A DNA stretch of 64,000 nucleotides from Macrostomum lignano (GCA_002269645.1 NIVC01003939.1:1-64000); one strand, 5' to 3'. Shown: positions 21,743 through 35,177, counted from the stretch's first letter. Notes: a model not told the origin generated them from the letters alone. Program-made: numbers and translations.

Positions 21743-22070
21743 GATTGAAGAGCCAATCAGAAGGCAGCGAGGGAGAGAGATAAGAATAACAAGACTGAAC
21801 TGGACTAAGGGAGAGAAAAACAGAGTAAAAAGAGACGATGGGGGTGGAGCGCGCGACTGAGGAAACAGGCGAGATTGAAGAGCCAATCAGAAGGCAGCGA
21901 GGGAGAGAGATAAGAATAACAAGACTGAACTGGACTAAGGGAGAGAAAAACAGAGTAAAAAGAGACGATGGGGGTGGAGCGCGCGACTGAGGAAACAGGC
22001 GAGATTGAAGAGCCAATCAGAAGGCAGCGAGGGAGAGAGATAAGAATAACAAGACTGAACTGGAAAGAGG
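21743..22070. repeat. 130-bp direct repeat, about 2.5 copies, purine-rich, downstream of Bcl-2-like gene A
   Basis: GATTGAAGAGCCAATCAG recurs at 21743, 21873 and 22003. Confidence 0.9.
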
Positions 22071-22243
22071 GGAGAGAAAACAGAGCAAACACAGATGAGC
22101 TGTAAAAATGACTAAAAAATTCGTGACATCGTGCACACCCGCCCCGAATGAAATGTATCGAACCAGCTGGAGTCGTGGCACTGATTAATTTTGTAATAAC
22201 ATTAGAAAATTGGCAATATTGAGCAGAGTCAAATAATAAGCAA

Positions 22244-23909
22244 TCAACTATTGTTCTTTCTCAAGTACAGCACCATTATAGCAGTGGTGGCAACCACGGA
22301 GCCGATGCTGAAACCGGCAAAAAAGATGGCGGCATGACCCCAGTGGCGTCTGGCCTCGCTAAAAATCCTAGCAGCCAGGCTAAGCACGCGACACCTGCCC
22401 AGATAGAGCAGAAAGTACTTTATTAGACGCAAACAATCGGCCTGGGGATTCTGGTTAATAGCCGATCGAAGCACACCAGGCAACAAGTGGGCTACAAAGA
22501 ACTGGACCCGGACTAGGCCATTCAAGTCGTAGCTGCGGTGGAATTCCGTCTCTAGCTGGTTCACGAGGCGCGCGTACCTGAGCAATGGATAGAATGCATC
22601 CTATAGTAGAGCAAGTATTTTAACAAAATGGCTGGGGTATCTGGGATGGTGGCCCAGCAACTGAGAATCTGGGAGGCTGGCCCAGCAACTGAGGATCTGG
22701 AAGGCTGGCCCAGCAACTGAGGATCTGGAAGGCTGGCCCAGCAACTGAAGATCTGGGAGGCTGGTGGCCCAGCAACTGAGGATCTGGGAGGCTGGCCCAG
22801 CAACTGAGGATCTGAGAGGCTGGCCCAGCGACTGAGGATCTGGGAGGCTGGCCCAGCGACTGAGGATCTGGGAGGCTGGCCCAGCAACTGAGAATCTGGG
22901 ATGGTGGCCCAGCAACTGAGTATCTGGGAGGCTGGCCCAGCAACAGAGGATCTGGAAGGCTGGCCCAGCAACTGAGGATCTGGGAGGCTGGCCCAGCAAC
23001 TGAGGATCTGGAAGGCTGGCCCAGCAACTGAGGAACTGGGAGGCTGGCCCAGCAACTGAGGATCTGGGAGGCTGGCCCAGCAACTGAGGATCTGAGAGGC
23101 TGGCCCAACAACTGAGGATCTGAGAGGCTGGCCCAGCGACTGAGGATCTGGGAGGCTGGCCCAGCGACTGAGGATCTGGGAGGCTGGCCCAGCGACTGAG
23201 GATCTGAGAGGCTGGCCCAGCGACTGAGGATCTGGGAGGCTGGCCCAGCGACTGAGGATCTGGGAGGCTGGCCCAACAACTGAGGATCTGGAAGGCTGGC
23301 CCAGCAACTGGGGATCTGGAAGGCTGGCCCAGCAACTGAGGATCTGGAAGGCTGGCCCAGCAACTGAGGATCTGGAAGGCTGGCTCAGCAACTGAGGATC
23401 TGGAAGGCTGGCCCAGCAACTGGGGATCTGGAAGGCTGGCCCAGCAACTGAGGATCTGGAAGGCTGGCCCAGCAACTGGGGATCTGGAAGGCTGCCCTAA
23501 AAGTCTTGTGAACTCACGTGATTCGCTGCTGATTAAACTGATCAGCCAAGGTGCGCAACCGCCCAGCCTCCTGCGTGGAGGCAAAATCGGCGGCATACCG
23601 CCTGAGCTGCAGTCCGACATCGCTGTTTCGAAGGCTTGCCTGAGCTCTGTCCACAAAATCAGGCGGAGCGTTCACCGTTTCTTGGGCGGCCACGGTAGTG
23701 AGCGTGTTAATATTGATGTCTGGCACCTCTTGGGCTGCAGTGCTGGTCAGGAGACCAGTGGTGGCTTCTAGCACGTGCTGCTCAACAGGGTTGAGCTCGT
23801 TATAATCGTACTCTGGCACCGTTGGAACAGTCTGGTCCGCTTCCTCTTCTGCTACGTAGGACTGCTCAGTGGATTTCTTTTCCATAATTGTATTGCTGTT
23901 TATAGGCAT
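22244..23909 (-). CDS. Divergent Bcl-2-family protein A; exons 23909 (or ATG at 23885)-23518 and 22577-22244
   Basis: BH3-like VGLQLRRYAADF, BH1-position EFHRSYDLNGLVRVQFFVAHL and a C-terminal transmembrane helix with basic tail; phase-2 GT-AG intron; paralogous to 25808-27359. Confidence 0.65.
22630..23495. repeat. 28-bp minisatellite GGGAGGCTGGCCCAGCAACTGAGGATCT filling the intron of Bcl-2-like A
   Basis: About 30 copies; same family at four other loci in the window. Confidence 0.95.
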
Positions 23910-23974
23910 GAAATACAATAGTTGTTGGCCTGAAAACTGGGATTCTATTTTATGACTTTAATCTGAGATCTCTG

Positions 23975-24890
23975 TCTGGATTGGGGATCTGGGATTTTAA
24001 GACTGGATTGGGGATATGGGATCTTAAGACTGGATTAGGGATCTGGGATCTTAAGACTGGATTGGGGATCTGGGATTTTAAGACTGGATTAGGGATATGG
24101 GATCTTAAGACTGGATTAGGGATATGGGATCTTAAGACTGTATTGGGGATATGGGATCTTAAGACTGGATTGGGGATCTGGGGCTCAGTCTGGATTTGAG
24201 ATCTGGGATCTCAAGACTGGATTGGGGATCTGGGATTTTAAGACTGGATTGAGGATCTGGGATCTCAGTCTGGATTGGGGATCTGGGATCTTAAGACTTT
24301 ATTGGGGATATGGGATCTTAAGACTGGATTGGGGATATGGGATCTTAAGACTGGATTGGGGATATGGGATCTTAAGACTGGATTGGGGATATGGGATCTT
24401 AGGACTGTATTGAGATGGGATTGTAAGACTGTATTAGGGATATGGGATCTTAAGACTGTATTGGAGATGGGATCTTAAGACTGTATTAGGGATATGGGAT
24501 CTTAAGACTGTATTGGAGATGGGATCTTAAGACTGTATTGGGGATCTGGGATCTCAGTCTGGATTGGGGATCTGGGATCTTAAGACTGGATTGGGGATCT
24601 GGGATCTTAAGACTGTATTGTGGATCTGGGATCTCAGTCTGGATTGGGGATCTGGGATCTTAAGACTGGATTGGGGATCTGGGATCTTAAGACTGTATTG
24701 TGGATCTGGGATCTCAGTCTGGATTGGGGATCTGGGATCTTAAGACTGGATTGGGGTTCTGGGATCTTAAGACTGTATTGTGGATCTGGGATCTCAGTCT
24801 GGATTGGGGATCTGGGATCTTAAGACTGGATTTGGGATCTGGGATCTTAAGACTGGATTTGGGATCTGGGATTTGGGATCTTAGACTGTA
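23975..24890. repeat. About 27-bp minisatellite (TGGGATCTTAAGACTGGATTGGGGATC)
   Basis: Tandem reiteration; GIWDLKTGL ORFs. Confidence 0.95.
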
Positions 24891-25469
24891 TTAAATTTGC
24901 AAACGTCAGATGCCGTAATACCTTTAAGCAAAAGCAAGAAAACCTCAATTGGTAAAGGTAAACGGCTGGAAAACAGATAGCTCGTTAACAGCAAAGCAAA
25001 ACAATGACTTCTTTATATTTGTATTTTTTGCTCAGTTAAAAAGCAAATGAAAGTACAAAATAACATTTTTATTAAAATGTTAAAATTACTGACAGTAGAA
25101 AAAATTGCACTTTAGTAGCAAGAGAATTACATAATAAGTCAAATAAATATACGCTCGTATATATATTTGCACATGAAGGAAGTATGATATAAAAGTCAAC
25201 TCATGATCGTTAGCTCGTATAAATCATTTTGGCCGAGTTTTCGCACCAATTCAAAATTTTTGGCAGATATATAATATAACAAATTCTAAATAGCAAAATT
25301 GAAAAAAGTAAAAAATACTAAAGCTACCCTGTTATTCATTAGAACCAGATAAGTGACAAGTGGAAAAAACAGATCAATTAATTAATTATTAAACTTGATT
25401 ATACCAAACCTTTAGCTTTTTTAAAAACTTGAATAAACATGCGATATGCGATGGCTTTGTAAAGTTCTG

Positions 25470-25700
25470 ACTCAGAATTTTTCTGACACCTTTAAATGGC
25501 GCTTTCTGACACCTTCAACTGAAGCTTTCTGACACACTCAAATGGCGCTTTTTGACACACTCAAATGGCGCTTTCTGGCACACTCAAATTGCGCTTTCTG
25601 ACACTTTCAAGTGGAGCTTTCTGACACTCTTCAAATGGCGCTTTCTGACGCACTCAAATAACGCTTTCTGACAAACTCAAATGACGCTTTCTGACACTCA
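25470..25700. repeat. Degenerate tandem repeat, unit about 23 bp (TTCTGACACACTCAAATGGCGCT)
   Basis: About 9 copies. Confidence 0.8.
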
Positions 25701-25807
25701 AAATATATGGCGCTCTCTGCTTCGACTATAGCAGTCCATGCACCATTCCCGATGCCAAACAACAATATTGCCAGTTTAAATACCGATGAGACAGTTTATA
25801 ACCAACG

Positions 25808-27359
25808 TCACTTATCAATATTCCGCAGTAAAAAATAGCCAACAACGGCGCAGGCGGCAGAAGCCACGGCAAGACCGGACAAAAAACCCAACAGAGCTTC
25901 CTGACGCCTCTGGCTAAGATTTCGAAACATATTAGCCAGAAACTTGATCAGGTTAGCCAGCAGATAGGCTAGAAAAGCAAACATGAGCTGTTTGCACAGA
26001 TCCTTGAACACGGATTCGCCGCCTTCAAAGTAGGCACGCTGCAACAGCCTAGCAACAAAATGGAACAGAGCTACGAACGATTCCACATTGTAGCCGGAGT
26101 GGAACAGCTGTTCGAGAATGTCAGTGAAGCTATGGGGATTGCTAGACAGCTCCGATAGGTTCACGCTGGCGGCCAGCTGATCCGCCTGGGTGCCCTGGCG
26201 AGAGGCGCGGAACTCGTCGGCGAGTCGGGACATCTCCTGCCCAAGGCTGCTGCTGCTCAGCTGGGTGCCCAGTGGGGACCGGAGCAGGTTGTTCACCTAT
26301 AGAGTTTTTTGTTCATTGGTCGCGTGACACAAGAAGCTAATAAGAGTACAACTGGGAGGATTTGGGAGGCTGGTCCAGCAACTGAGGATCTGGGAGGCTG
26401 GCCTAGCAACTGAGGATCTGGGAGGCTGGTCCAGCAACTGAGGATCTGGGGGGCTGGTCCAGCAACTGAGGATCTGGGAGGCTGGTGGTCCAGCAACTGA
26501 GGATCTGGGACGCTGGCCCAGCAACTTAGGATCTGGGAGGCTGGCCCAGCAACTGAGGATCTGGGAGGCTGGTGGTCCAGCAACTGAGGATCTGGGACGC
26601 TGGCCCAGCAACTTAGGATCTGGGAGGCTGGCCCAGCAACTGAAGATCTGGGAGGCTGGTGGTCCAGAAATTGAGGATTTGGGAGGCTGGTCCAGAGACT
26701 GACACTCTGGGACGCTGGCCCAGCAACTGAGGATCTGGGACGCTGGCCCAGCAACTTAGGATCTGGAAGGCTGGCCCAGCAACTGAAGATCTGGGAGGCT
26801 GGTGGTCCAGAAATTGAGGATTTGGGAGGCTGGTCCAGAGACTGACACTCTGGGAGGCTGGCCCAGTAACTGAAGATCTGGGAGGCTGGTGGCCCAGCAA
26901 CTGGGGATTTGGGAGGCTGGCCCAGCAACTTAGGATCTTGGAGGCTGGTGGCCCAGCAACAGAGGATTTGGGAGGCTGGCCCAGCAACTGGGGATCTGGG
27001 AGGCTGGCCCAGCAACTGAGGATCTGGGATTCTAGCTCAATATCTAAGGATCTGGGAGTTGTGGCGGTTGGCCAACACGCAGATATCACCATTCAACTAG
27101 GTTGTCAGGTCACCTCGTTAGAGTCGCCCAGCAGCTCCCTGCTTGCAGACTCGGCCACAGCCTCGGCCTCGTGATTGACATCAGGCGGCAGCGGCATGTT
27201 CTCCAGGTTGTAGCGGAGCAAATCGTAGCTCATGCTGAACGCGGTTCGCTCCTCGGTTTCTAAACTTTCGAAACTCGGCAATCTTGGAGTCGAAGTCTCC
27301 GACAGATTGACATCGCCGTGGCTCGTACCGGTTGCAGCCTCTTTCGAGTCTTTAACCAT
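25808..27359 (-). CDS. Divergent Bcl-2-family (Bak/Bax-like) protein B; exons 27359-27114 and 26296-25808
   Basis: BH3-like LGQEMSRLADEF; BH1-like FTDILEQLFHSGYNVESFVALFHFVARL (compare Bak FTKIATSLFESGINWGRVVALLGF); C-terminal TM anchor; phase-0 GT-AG intron. Confidence 0.75.
26355..27030. repeat. 28/31-bp minisatellite (same family as 22630-23495) in the intron of Bcl-2-like B
   Basis: GGAGGCTGG(TGG)CCCAGCAACTGAGGATCT units. Confidence 0.95.
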
Positions 27360-27539
27360 TGCTCTACTTAGTAATTAATTAATTAATGCTTCTAATAGGT
27401 GTTTTACGCAGAAGTGTCAGCAAAGGGAACAGTAGAAGTTTAATTTGAATTTTATATAATTAAAAAAAATATATGTGCCATCGATATTAGCTACTGTAGT
27501 ACTAGAATGTGCAAATGTGCTAACATAGTTCAGATCTTG

Positions 27540-30040
27540 GTGAGAACAATTTTGGAGGAGAATCTCGGTGGGGGAATCTTGATGGGTAGTTTTGGTGGGG
27601 GAATCTTGATGGATAGTTTTGGTGGGGGAATATTGGGGAAGAGAATCTTGGTGGGTAGTTTTGGTGGGGGAATATTGGGAGAGAGAATCTTGATGGGTAG
27701 TTTTGGTGGGGGAATATTGGGGGAGAGAATCTTGGTGGGGAGAATCTTGGTGGGTAGTTTTGGTGGGGGAATATTGGGAGAGAGAATCTTGGTGGAGAGA
27801 ATCTTGGTGGGTAGTTTTGGTGGGGGAATATTGGGGGAGAGAATCTTGGTGGGGGAATCTTGATGGATAGTTTTGGTGGGGGAATATTGGGGAAGAGAAT
27901 CTTGGTGGGTAGTTTTGGTGGGGGAATATTGGGGGAGAGAATCTTGGTGGGGGAATCTTGATGGATAGTTTTGGTGGGGGAATATTGGGGAAATCTTGGT
28001 GGGTAGTTTTGGTGGGGGAATATTGGGGGAGAGAATCTTGGTGGGGGAATCTTGATGGATAGTTTTGGTGGGGGAATATTGGGGAAGAGAATCTTGGTGG
28101 GTAGTTTTGGTGGGGAATATTGGGGGAGAGAATCTTGGTGGGTAGTTTTGGTGGGGGAATATTGGGGGAGAGAATCTTGATGGGTAGTTTTGGTGGGGGA
28201 ATATTGGGGAAGAGAATCTTGGTGGGTAGTTTTGGTGAGGGAATATTGGGGGAGAGAATCTTGGTGGGTAGTTTTGGTGGGGGAATATTGGGGGAGAGAA
28301 TCTTGGTGGAGAGAATCTTGGTGGGGAGAATCTTGATGGGTAGTTTTGGTGGGGGGAATATTGGGGGAGAGAATCTTGGTGGGGAGAATCTTGGTGGGTA
28401 GTTTTGGTGGGGGAATATTGGGAGAGAGAATCTTGGTGAAGAGAATCTTGGTGGGTAGTTTTGGTGGGGGAATATTGTGGGAGAGAATCTGGGTGGGTAG
28501 TTTTGGTGGGGGAATATTGGGGGAGAGAATCTTGGTGGGGGAATCTTGATGGATAGTTTTGGTGGGGGAATATTGGGGAAGAGAATCTTGGTGGGTAGTT
28601 TTGGTGGGGGAATATTGGGGGAGAGAATCTTGGTGGGGGAATCTTGGTGGGTAGTTTTGGTGGGGGAATATTGGGGGAGAGAATCTTGGTGAGTAGTTTT
28701 GGTGGGGGGAATATTGGGGAAGAGAATCTTGGTGGGTAGTTTTGGTGGGGGAATATTGGGGGAGAGAATCTTGGTGGGGGAATCTTGATGGATAGTTTTG
28801 GTGGGGGAATATTGGGGAAGAGAATCTTGGTGGGTAGTTTTGGTGGGGGAATATTGGGGGAGAGAATCTTGGTGGGTAGTTTTGGTGGGGGAATATTAGG
28901 GGAGAGAATCTTGGTGGAGAGAATCTTGGTGGGTAGTTTTGGTGGGGGAATATTGGGGGAGAGAATCTTGGTGGGTAGTTTTGGTGGGGGGAATATTGGG
29001 AGAGAGAATCTTGGTGGAGAGAATCTTGGTGGGTAGTTTTGGTGGGGGAATATTGGGGGAGAGAATCTTGGTGGGTAGTTTTGGTGGGGGGAATATTGGG
29101 AGAGAGAATTTTGGTGGAGAGAATCTTGGTGGGTAGTTTTGGTGGGGGAATATTGGGGGAGAGAATCTTGGTGAGGAGAATCTTAAGGGGAGAATCTTGG
29201 TGGGGGAATATTGGTGGGGAGATTTTTAGTGGGGAGAATCTTGGTGGGGGAATATTGGTGGGGAGATTTTTAGTGGGGAGAATCTTGGTGGGGGAATATT
29301 GGTGGGGAGATTTTTAGTGGGGAGAATCTTGGTGGGGGAATATTGGTGGGGAGATTTTTAGTGGGGGGAATCTTGGTGGGGGAATATTGGTGGGGAGATT
29401 TTTAGTGGGGAGAATCTTGGTGGGGAATATTGGTGGGGAGATTTTTAGTGGGGAGAATCTTGGTGGGGGAATATTGGTGGGGAGATTTTTAGTGGGGAGA
29501 ATCTTGGTGGGGGAATATTGGTGGGGAGATTTTTAGTGGGGGGAATCTTGGTGGGGGAATATTGGTGGGGAGATTTTTAGTGGGGAGAATCTTGGTGGGG
29601 GAATATTGGTGGGGAGATTTTTAGTGGGGAGAATCTTGGTGGGGGAATATTGGTGGGGAGATTTTTAGTGGGGAGAATCTTGGTGGGGGAATATTGGTGG
29701 GGAGATTTTTAGTGGGGAGAATCTTGGTGGGGGAATATTGGTGGGGAGATTTTTAGTGGGGAGAATCTTGGTGGGGGAATATTGGTGGGGAGATTTTTAG
29801 TGGGGAGAATCTTGGTGGGGGAATATTGGTGGGGAGATTTTTAGTGGGGAGAATCTTGGTGGGGGAATATTGGTGGGGAGATTTTTAGTGGGGAGAATCT
29901 TGGTGGGGGAATATTGGTGGGGAGATTTTTAGTGGGGGGAATCTTGGTGGGGGAATATTGGTGGGGAGATTTTTAGTGGGGAGAATCTTGGTGGGGGAAT
30001 ATTGGTGGGGAGATTTTTAGTGGGGAGAATCTTGGTGGGC
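27540..30040. repeat. 2.5-kb G-rich minisatellite (units of about 41 bp switching to a homogeneous 44-bp unit after about 29190)
   Basis: GGGGAGAGAATCTTGGTGGGTAGTTTTGGTGGGGGAATATT, then GGTGGGGAGATTTTTAGTGGGGAGAATCTTGGTGGGGGAATATT. Confidence 0.95.
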
Positions 30041-30914
30041 CGGGGAATCTTGTTGAATTCTTGATGGACAATCGTGGTTGTCTGCGATTCACAGCCATTA
30101 AGGGCCAGCCCCCAAGGCACACAGAGTGTACATGCCTGACGATTAGATAGTCAGGGCCTGTGTGCACCCTGTGTGAGCGTGTGAATGAGTGCGTGCCTGC
30201 CTACAGTATTGGTTTAGCCTGTGCTCAGAAGTCAGCTGAATGGGCAGAATTGGCTCAGCGGGTAACTGACTGCGGGTAGATGTCGAAGAAGGCGTGTCAA
30301 GATGTGGCTAGGATGTGTACAAGCGTATAAATTCAGTAAGAATTAACATTTTTAAGTATAATGAAGCTGTATTTAATATATTTAAAAATGATACTTTTAC
30401 TACCTGGACTTCAAGCAAGAATTAATTAAGGCGACAAAACTGATTCCAGCTTTTAAATCTATCAGATAAAAAACCGATACTTTATTAGAATTTGGACAAA
30501 TTATTTTATAAAAAACACTATTAAAGTTATTAAAGCGAGATTTTATCACAAAAATAGGCACCCGGTGTACGCATTGCATAGAAATGAAACACATCATATT
30601 TATTCACTTTAAAAGCGCACATTTGATAAGTTGATGAAGTTAGTCTAAACTGGAAAAGTGGCATCACTGGCATTGTTTTGGCAACTGCCGCATATCAGAG
30701 GCAGCAGTTGACCCCCGCAGCCAGCCATGGACAAGCAGTTGTAGCCCGTTCCGCTGACCCCCTGGGCTAACTCACACAGGGTTCACAGCGGGTGCAGTTT
30801 CGACTATTGCTCTGCATTGTCTCAGGCAGTGTGTACACTCTGTTCAAAGTTAGAATTGGTCAACTTATTTAGAGACAAATGAGATGAATATTGGAATGAG
30901 TAGATAGGAGAGGA

Positions 30915-31630
30915 AAGGAGAGAGGAGATAAGAGGAGAGGAGAGAGGAGAGGAGAGGGGAGAAGAGAGGAGATAAGAGGAGAGGAGAGGAGAGGAGAGGG
31001 GAGAGCAGAGCAGGGATTAGAGGGAGTGAGGAGAGGAGAGGAGAGGGGAGAGCAGAGCAGGGATTAGAGGGAGTGAGGAGAGGAGAGGAGAGGAGAGGGA
31101 GAGCAGAGCAGGGATTAGAGGGAGTGAGGAGAGGAGAGGAGAGGGGAGAGCAGAGCAGGGATTAGAGGGAGTGAGGAGAGGAGAGGAGAGGGGAGAGCAG
31201 AGCAGGGATTAGAGGGAGTGAGGAGAGGAGAGGAGAGGAGAGGGGAGAGCAGAGCAGGGATTAGAGGGGAGTGAGGAGAGGAGAGGAGAGGGGAGAGCAG
31301 AGCAGGGATTAGAGGGAGTGAGGAGAGGAGAGGAGAGGAGAGGGGAGAGCAGAGCAGGGATTAGAGGGAGTGAGGAGAGGAGAGGAGAGGGGAGAGCAGA
31401 GCAGGGATTAGAGGGAGTGAGGAGAGGAGAGGAGAGGGGAGAGCAGAGCAGGGATTAGAGGGAGTGAGGAGAGGAGAGGAGAGGAGAGGGGAGAGCAGAG
31501 CAGGGATTAGAGGGAGTGAGGAGAGGAGAGGAGAGGGGAGAGCAGAGCAGGGATTAGAGGGAGTGAGGAGAGGAGAGGAGAGGAGAGGGGAGAGCAGAGC
31601 AGGGATTAGAGGGAGTGAGGAGAGGAGAGG
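30915..31630. repeat. Polypurine minisatellite, 47/52-bp unit (GGGATTAGAGGGAGTGAG(GAGAG)nGGGAGAGCAGAGCA)
   Basis: About 13 copies. Confidence 0.9.
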
Positions 31631-31878
31631 TTGGAGAAGAAAAAGGGAGAAGAGAGCTGACAAGAGCCACACAGGTTAGGCGGGCCATGATTGCTATTGT
31701 ACTGACTCAAAGGCCCCCGAGGGTCGGATAGAGAGGCTTCGCTGACCGCATGTGACCGCCCATAGGGGTTGGCCCCGCACTGGAGAGACCAACGCAAGAC
31801 AAGTGGAAGCGAACCTTTTGAATATTATGATTTTTCACGCCGTAAGCATAGTAAATGATCAATTCAGCTACAAAGGCA

Positions 31879-34800
31879 TCAGACATAGGCGCCAGGTGAC
31901 CAGGCTCCAATACGAGCATCGCAGGCCAGTTTCGGAGAGTAGGAATGCGGCAGATCCCTGAGCAGCGGGTGCAGCCGAAGCCCAGACAGAGTCTCATTAA
32001 ACAGCAGGTGCGAAGGCACAAATGCGCTGATGTACAGCCGGTGCCGCTGTGGATCCGACAGTCGAAGCCGACTAACGGCCGTTCGTAACTGACCGGCCAG
32101 ATGTTCGACTGCGTCCGATTCTGTCCGGCAGTAGATGTTCAGCACCAGGTGGAGCCCGCCAACCGGTACTGAAGTCCAGTTGGCTATGCTAACACCGGTT
32201 ACTTCACCGGTGGGCCCCGGGCCAGGCTCCGAGTAACTGGCCATCACCTGGGGCGCGGGTTTGGGATAAAGTTTATTGAATTAAACTATTTTTTTCGTAT
32301 TGCCTAATTGCTTGAAGCAACTGAACAGCTCTTTGAGAGAATTTGGTGGGGAGAATCTTGGTGGAGACTGGAGAGAATCTTGGTGGGGAGAATCTTGGTG
32401 GGGATCTTAGTGGGGGATCTTCGTGGGAAGAATCTTGGTGAGGAGAATCTTGGTGGGGAGGAATCTTGGTGGGGAGAATTTTAGTGGGGATTCTTGGTAG
32501 GGAGAATCTTGGTAGGGAGAATTTTAGTGAAAAGCTGAATCTTGGTGGGGAGAATCTTGGTGGAGAGAATCTTGGTGGGGATCTTAGTGGGGGATCTTCG
32601 TGGGAAGAATCTTGGTGAGGAGAATCTTGGTGTGAAGAAGATTGGTGGGGAGAATTTTAGTGGGGCGTCTTGGTGGGAGGAATCTTGGTAGGGAGAATTT
32701 TAGTGGGGAGAATCTTGGTGGGGAGAGTCTTGATGGGGAATCTTGTTGGGGAGAATCTTGGTGGGGAGAATCTTGGTAAGGAGAATCTTGGTGGGGAGAA
32801 TCTTGGTAAAGAGAATCTTGGTAAGGAGAATCTTGGTGCGGGATCTTATAGGGGGATCTTAGTGGGAAGAATCTTGGTGAGGAGAATCTTGGTGTGAAGA
32901 AGATTGGTGGGGAGAATTTTAGTGGGGCGTCTTGGTGGGAGGAATCTTGGTAGGGAGAATTTTAGTGGGGAGAATCTTGGTGGGGAGAGTCTTGATGGGG
33001 AATCTTGTTGGGGAGAATCTTGGTGGGGAGAATCTTGGTAAGGAGAATCTTGGTGGGGAGAATCTTGGTAAAGAGAATCTTGGTAAGGAGAATCTTGGTG
33101 CGGGATCTTATAGGGGGATCTTAGTGGGAAGAATCTTGGTGAGGAGAATCTTGGTAGGTCTAATGTCTTAGTCTTGGTCTATAGTGTATATGGTAATGAT
33201 CGGTCGTCATCCAATTGGTTTCCATGAAAAAGTACTTCAAGTGTTACCTGATGCAGATAGTTATTCCATATTTTCAGATTGCCTTTAGACAGTACAAGGG
33301 ACTCCTTGGCAATGAGAATGTGTTGATCAGGTTTAAACAACCGGTTCTCAGTGCTACTGCAAACATACTCAGAGCTGAGAAACTGGACAGGATCGGACAC
33401 TGGCACCAGCTCGCCTTGTCGCGGTTCGCTAGCCGCAAATCTCGTTGCCAAATTTTCCCAATAATCCGCTGTACATTCAAATCCTAATTGCTGATTGTGT
33501 AGCACTACTTTTAGTAGGTGTTGACGATTTTCAAAAAATTTTCTATTATAAACTGGAAGGCTGTAGACACCGCAACAGCCGGCTAGGCTATGCAGACGGG
33601 GCTGCAGATGCTCCAATAGAGCTCGAGTGGCGTAAGACATCAGGCCGAAATCCCTGACACCTGCTACAGTTCGACCACCGCCGAACGACAGATTGCGACC
33701 GCCTTCGTTCACGATTGCGTAGGCAAATGTGAGCTGCAGGGTTTAGAGGGGACACAGAGCCATAAAGCCATGTACATTAGAGATAGGGCCATAGACTGGT
33801 GCTGTGTACTGAATGTACATTAGAGATAGGGCCATAGACTGGTGCTGTGTGCTGAATGTACATTAGAGATAGGGCCATAGACTGGTGCTGTGTACTGAAT
33901 GTACATTAGAGATAGGGCCATAGACTGGTGCTGTGTACTGAATGTACATTAGAGATAGGGCCATAGACTGGTGCTGTGTACTGAATGTACATTAGGGACA
34001 CAGAGCCATAGACTGGTGCTGTGTACTGAATGTACATCAGAGATAGGGCCATAGACTAATACTGTGTACTGAATGTACATTAGAGATAGGGCCATAGACT
34101 GGTGCTGTGTACTGAATGTACATTAGGGACACAGAGCCATAGACTGGTGCTGTGTACTGAATGTACATTAGGGACACAGAGCCATAGACTGGTGCTGTGT
34201 ACTGAATGTACATCAGAGATAGGGCCATAGACTAATGCTGTGTACTGAATGTACATTAGAGATAGGGCCATAGACTGGTGCTGTGTACTGAATGTACATT
34301 AGAGATAGGGCCATAGACTGGTGCTGTGTACTGAATGTACATTAGGGACACAGAGCCATAGACTGGTGCTGTGTACTGAATGTACATCAGAGATAGGGCC
34401 ATAGACTAATACTGTGTACTGAATGTACATTAGAGATAGGGCCATAGACTGGTGCTGTGTACTGAATGTACATTAGGGACACAGAGCCATAGACTGGTGC
34501 TGTGTACTGAATGTACATTAGGGACACAGAGCCATAGACTGGTGCTGTGTACTGAATGTACATCAGAGATAGGGCCATAGACTAATGCTGTGTACTGAAT
34601 GTACATTAGAGATAGGGCCATAGACTGGTGCTGTGTACTGAATGTACATTAGGGACACAGAGCCATAGACTGGTGCTGTGTACTGAATGTACATTAGGGA
34701 TACAGAACCATAGCTAATGCTGTGCACTGAATGTACATTAGGGACACAAAGCCATAGACTAATGCATTGCACCGAATGTACAATAGGGACACACAAGACA

Positions 34801-35177
34801 CCATAAACTGCAAAACAAGAGCACAGACACAAACTCAAAATACAGAATATACTTTGATTATTTAGCTCATGACTTACAATTTTATTATTAACGGTATCAA
34901 CAGCCACAATTCCGTAGCGATCATCATGCCTGATAATTTCATCGTAATAATCCTGCATATAGTCGAGTCCGTAGTGAATATCCGGTTCAATTTTCAACAC
35001 TTCCGCTTTATCCGCCAGAGTGGCCAAACGGAATTGTAAATTCTCTTTCGGTATGGGAAATTTTTTAAATTTCTCCTCTAAATTGGCGTGCATGCTGATT
35101 TGGCTCAGCGAGGTGACTCGACGCTGGCCAGCCGTGGACAGGAAGCGGCGAGTGCAGAGAGCGGCGACTGACGACAT
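31879..35177 (-). CDS. NAT16/histidine N-acetyltransferase-like GNAT protein, copy A; exons 35177-34878, 33733-33248, 32247-31879
   Basis: LQFRLAT...IHYGLDYMQDYY...GIVAV and IVNEGGRNLSFGGGRTV match the NAT16-type GNAT pattern (GLDYLP; GETVLVEGLRV); phase-0 GT-AG introns. Confidence 0.75.
32335..33155. repeat. G-rich GGGGAGAATCTTGGT minisatellite with a 262-bp higher-order duplication, intron 2 of NAT16-like A
   Basis: Identical ORFs at 32670 and 32932; related to the 27540-30040 array. Confidence 0.9.
33770..34760. repeat. 43/45-bp minisatellite with a 350-bp higher-order duplication, intron 1 of NAT16-like A
   Basis: GGGCCATAGACTGGTGCTGTGTACTGAATGTACATTAGAGATA; identical ORFs at 34037 and 34387. 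Confidence 0.95.

Noticed and set aside
10824-27359. Apparent apoptosis gene cluster (COA8/APOPT1 plus two Bcl-2-like genes)
   Set aside because: COA8 is primarily a complex IV assembly factor, and proximity alone is not evidence of a functional cluster.
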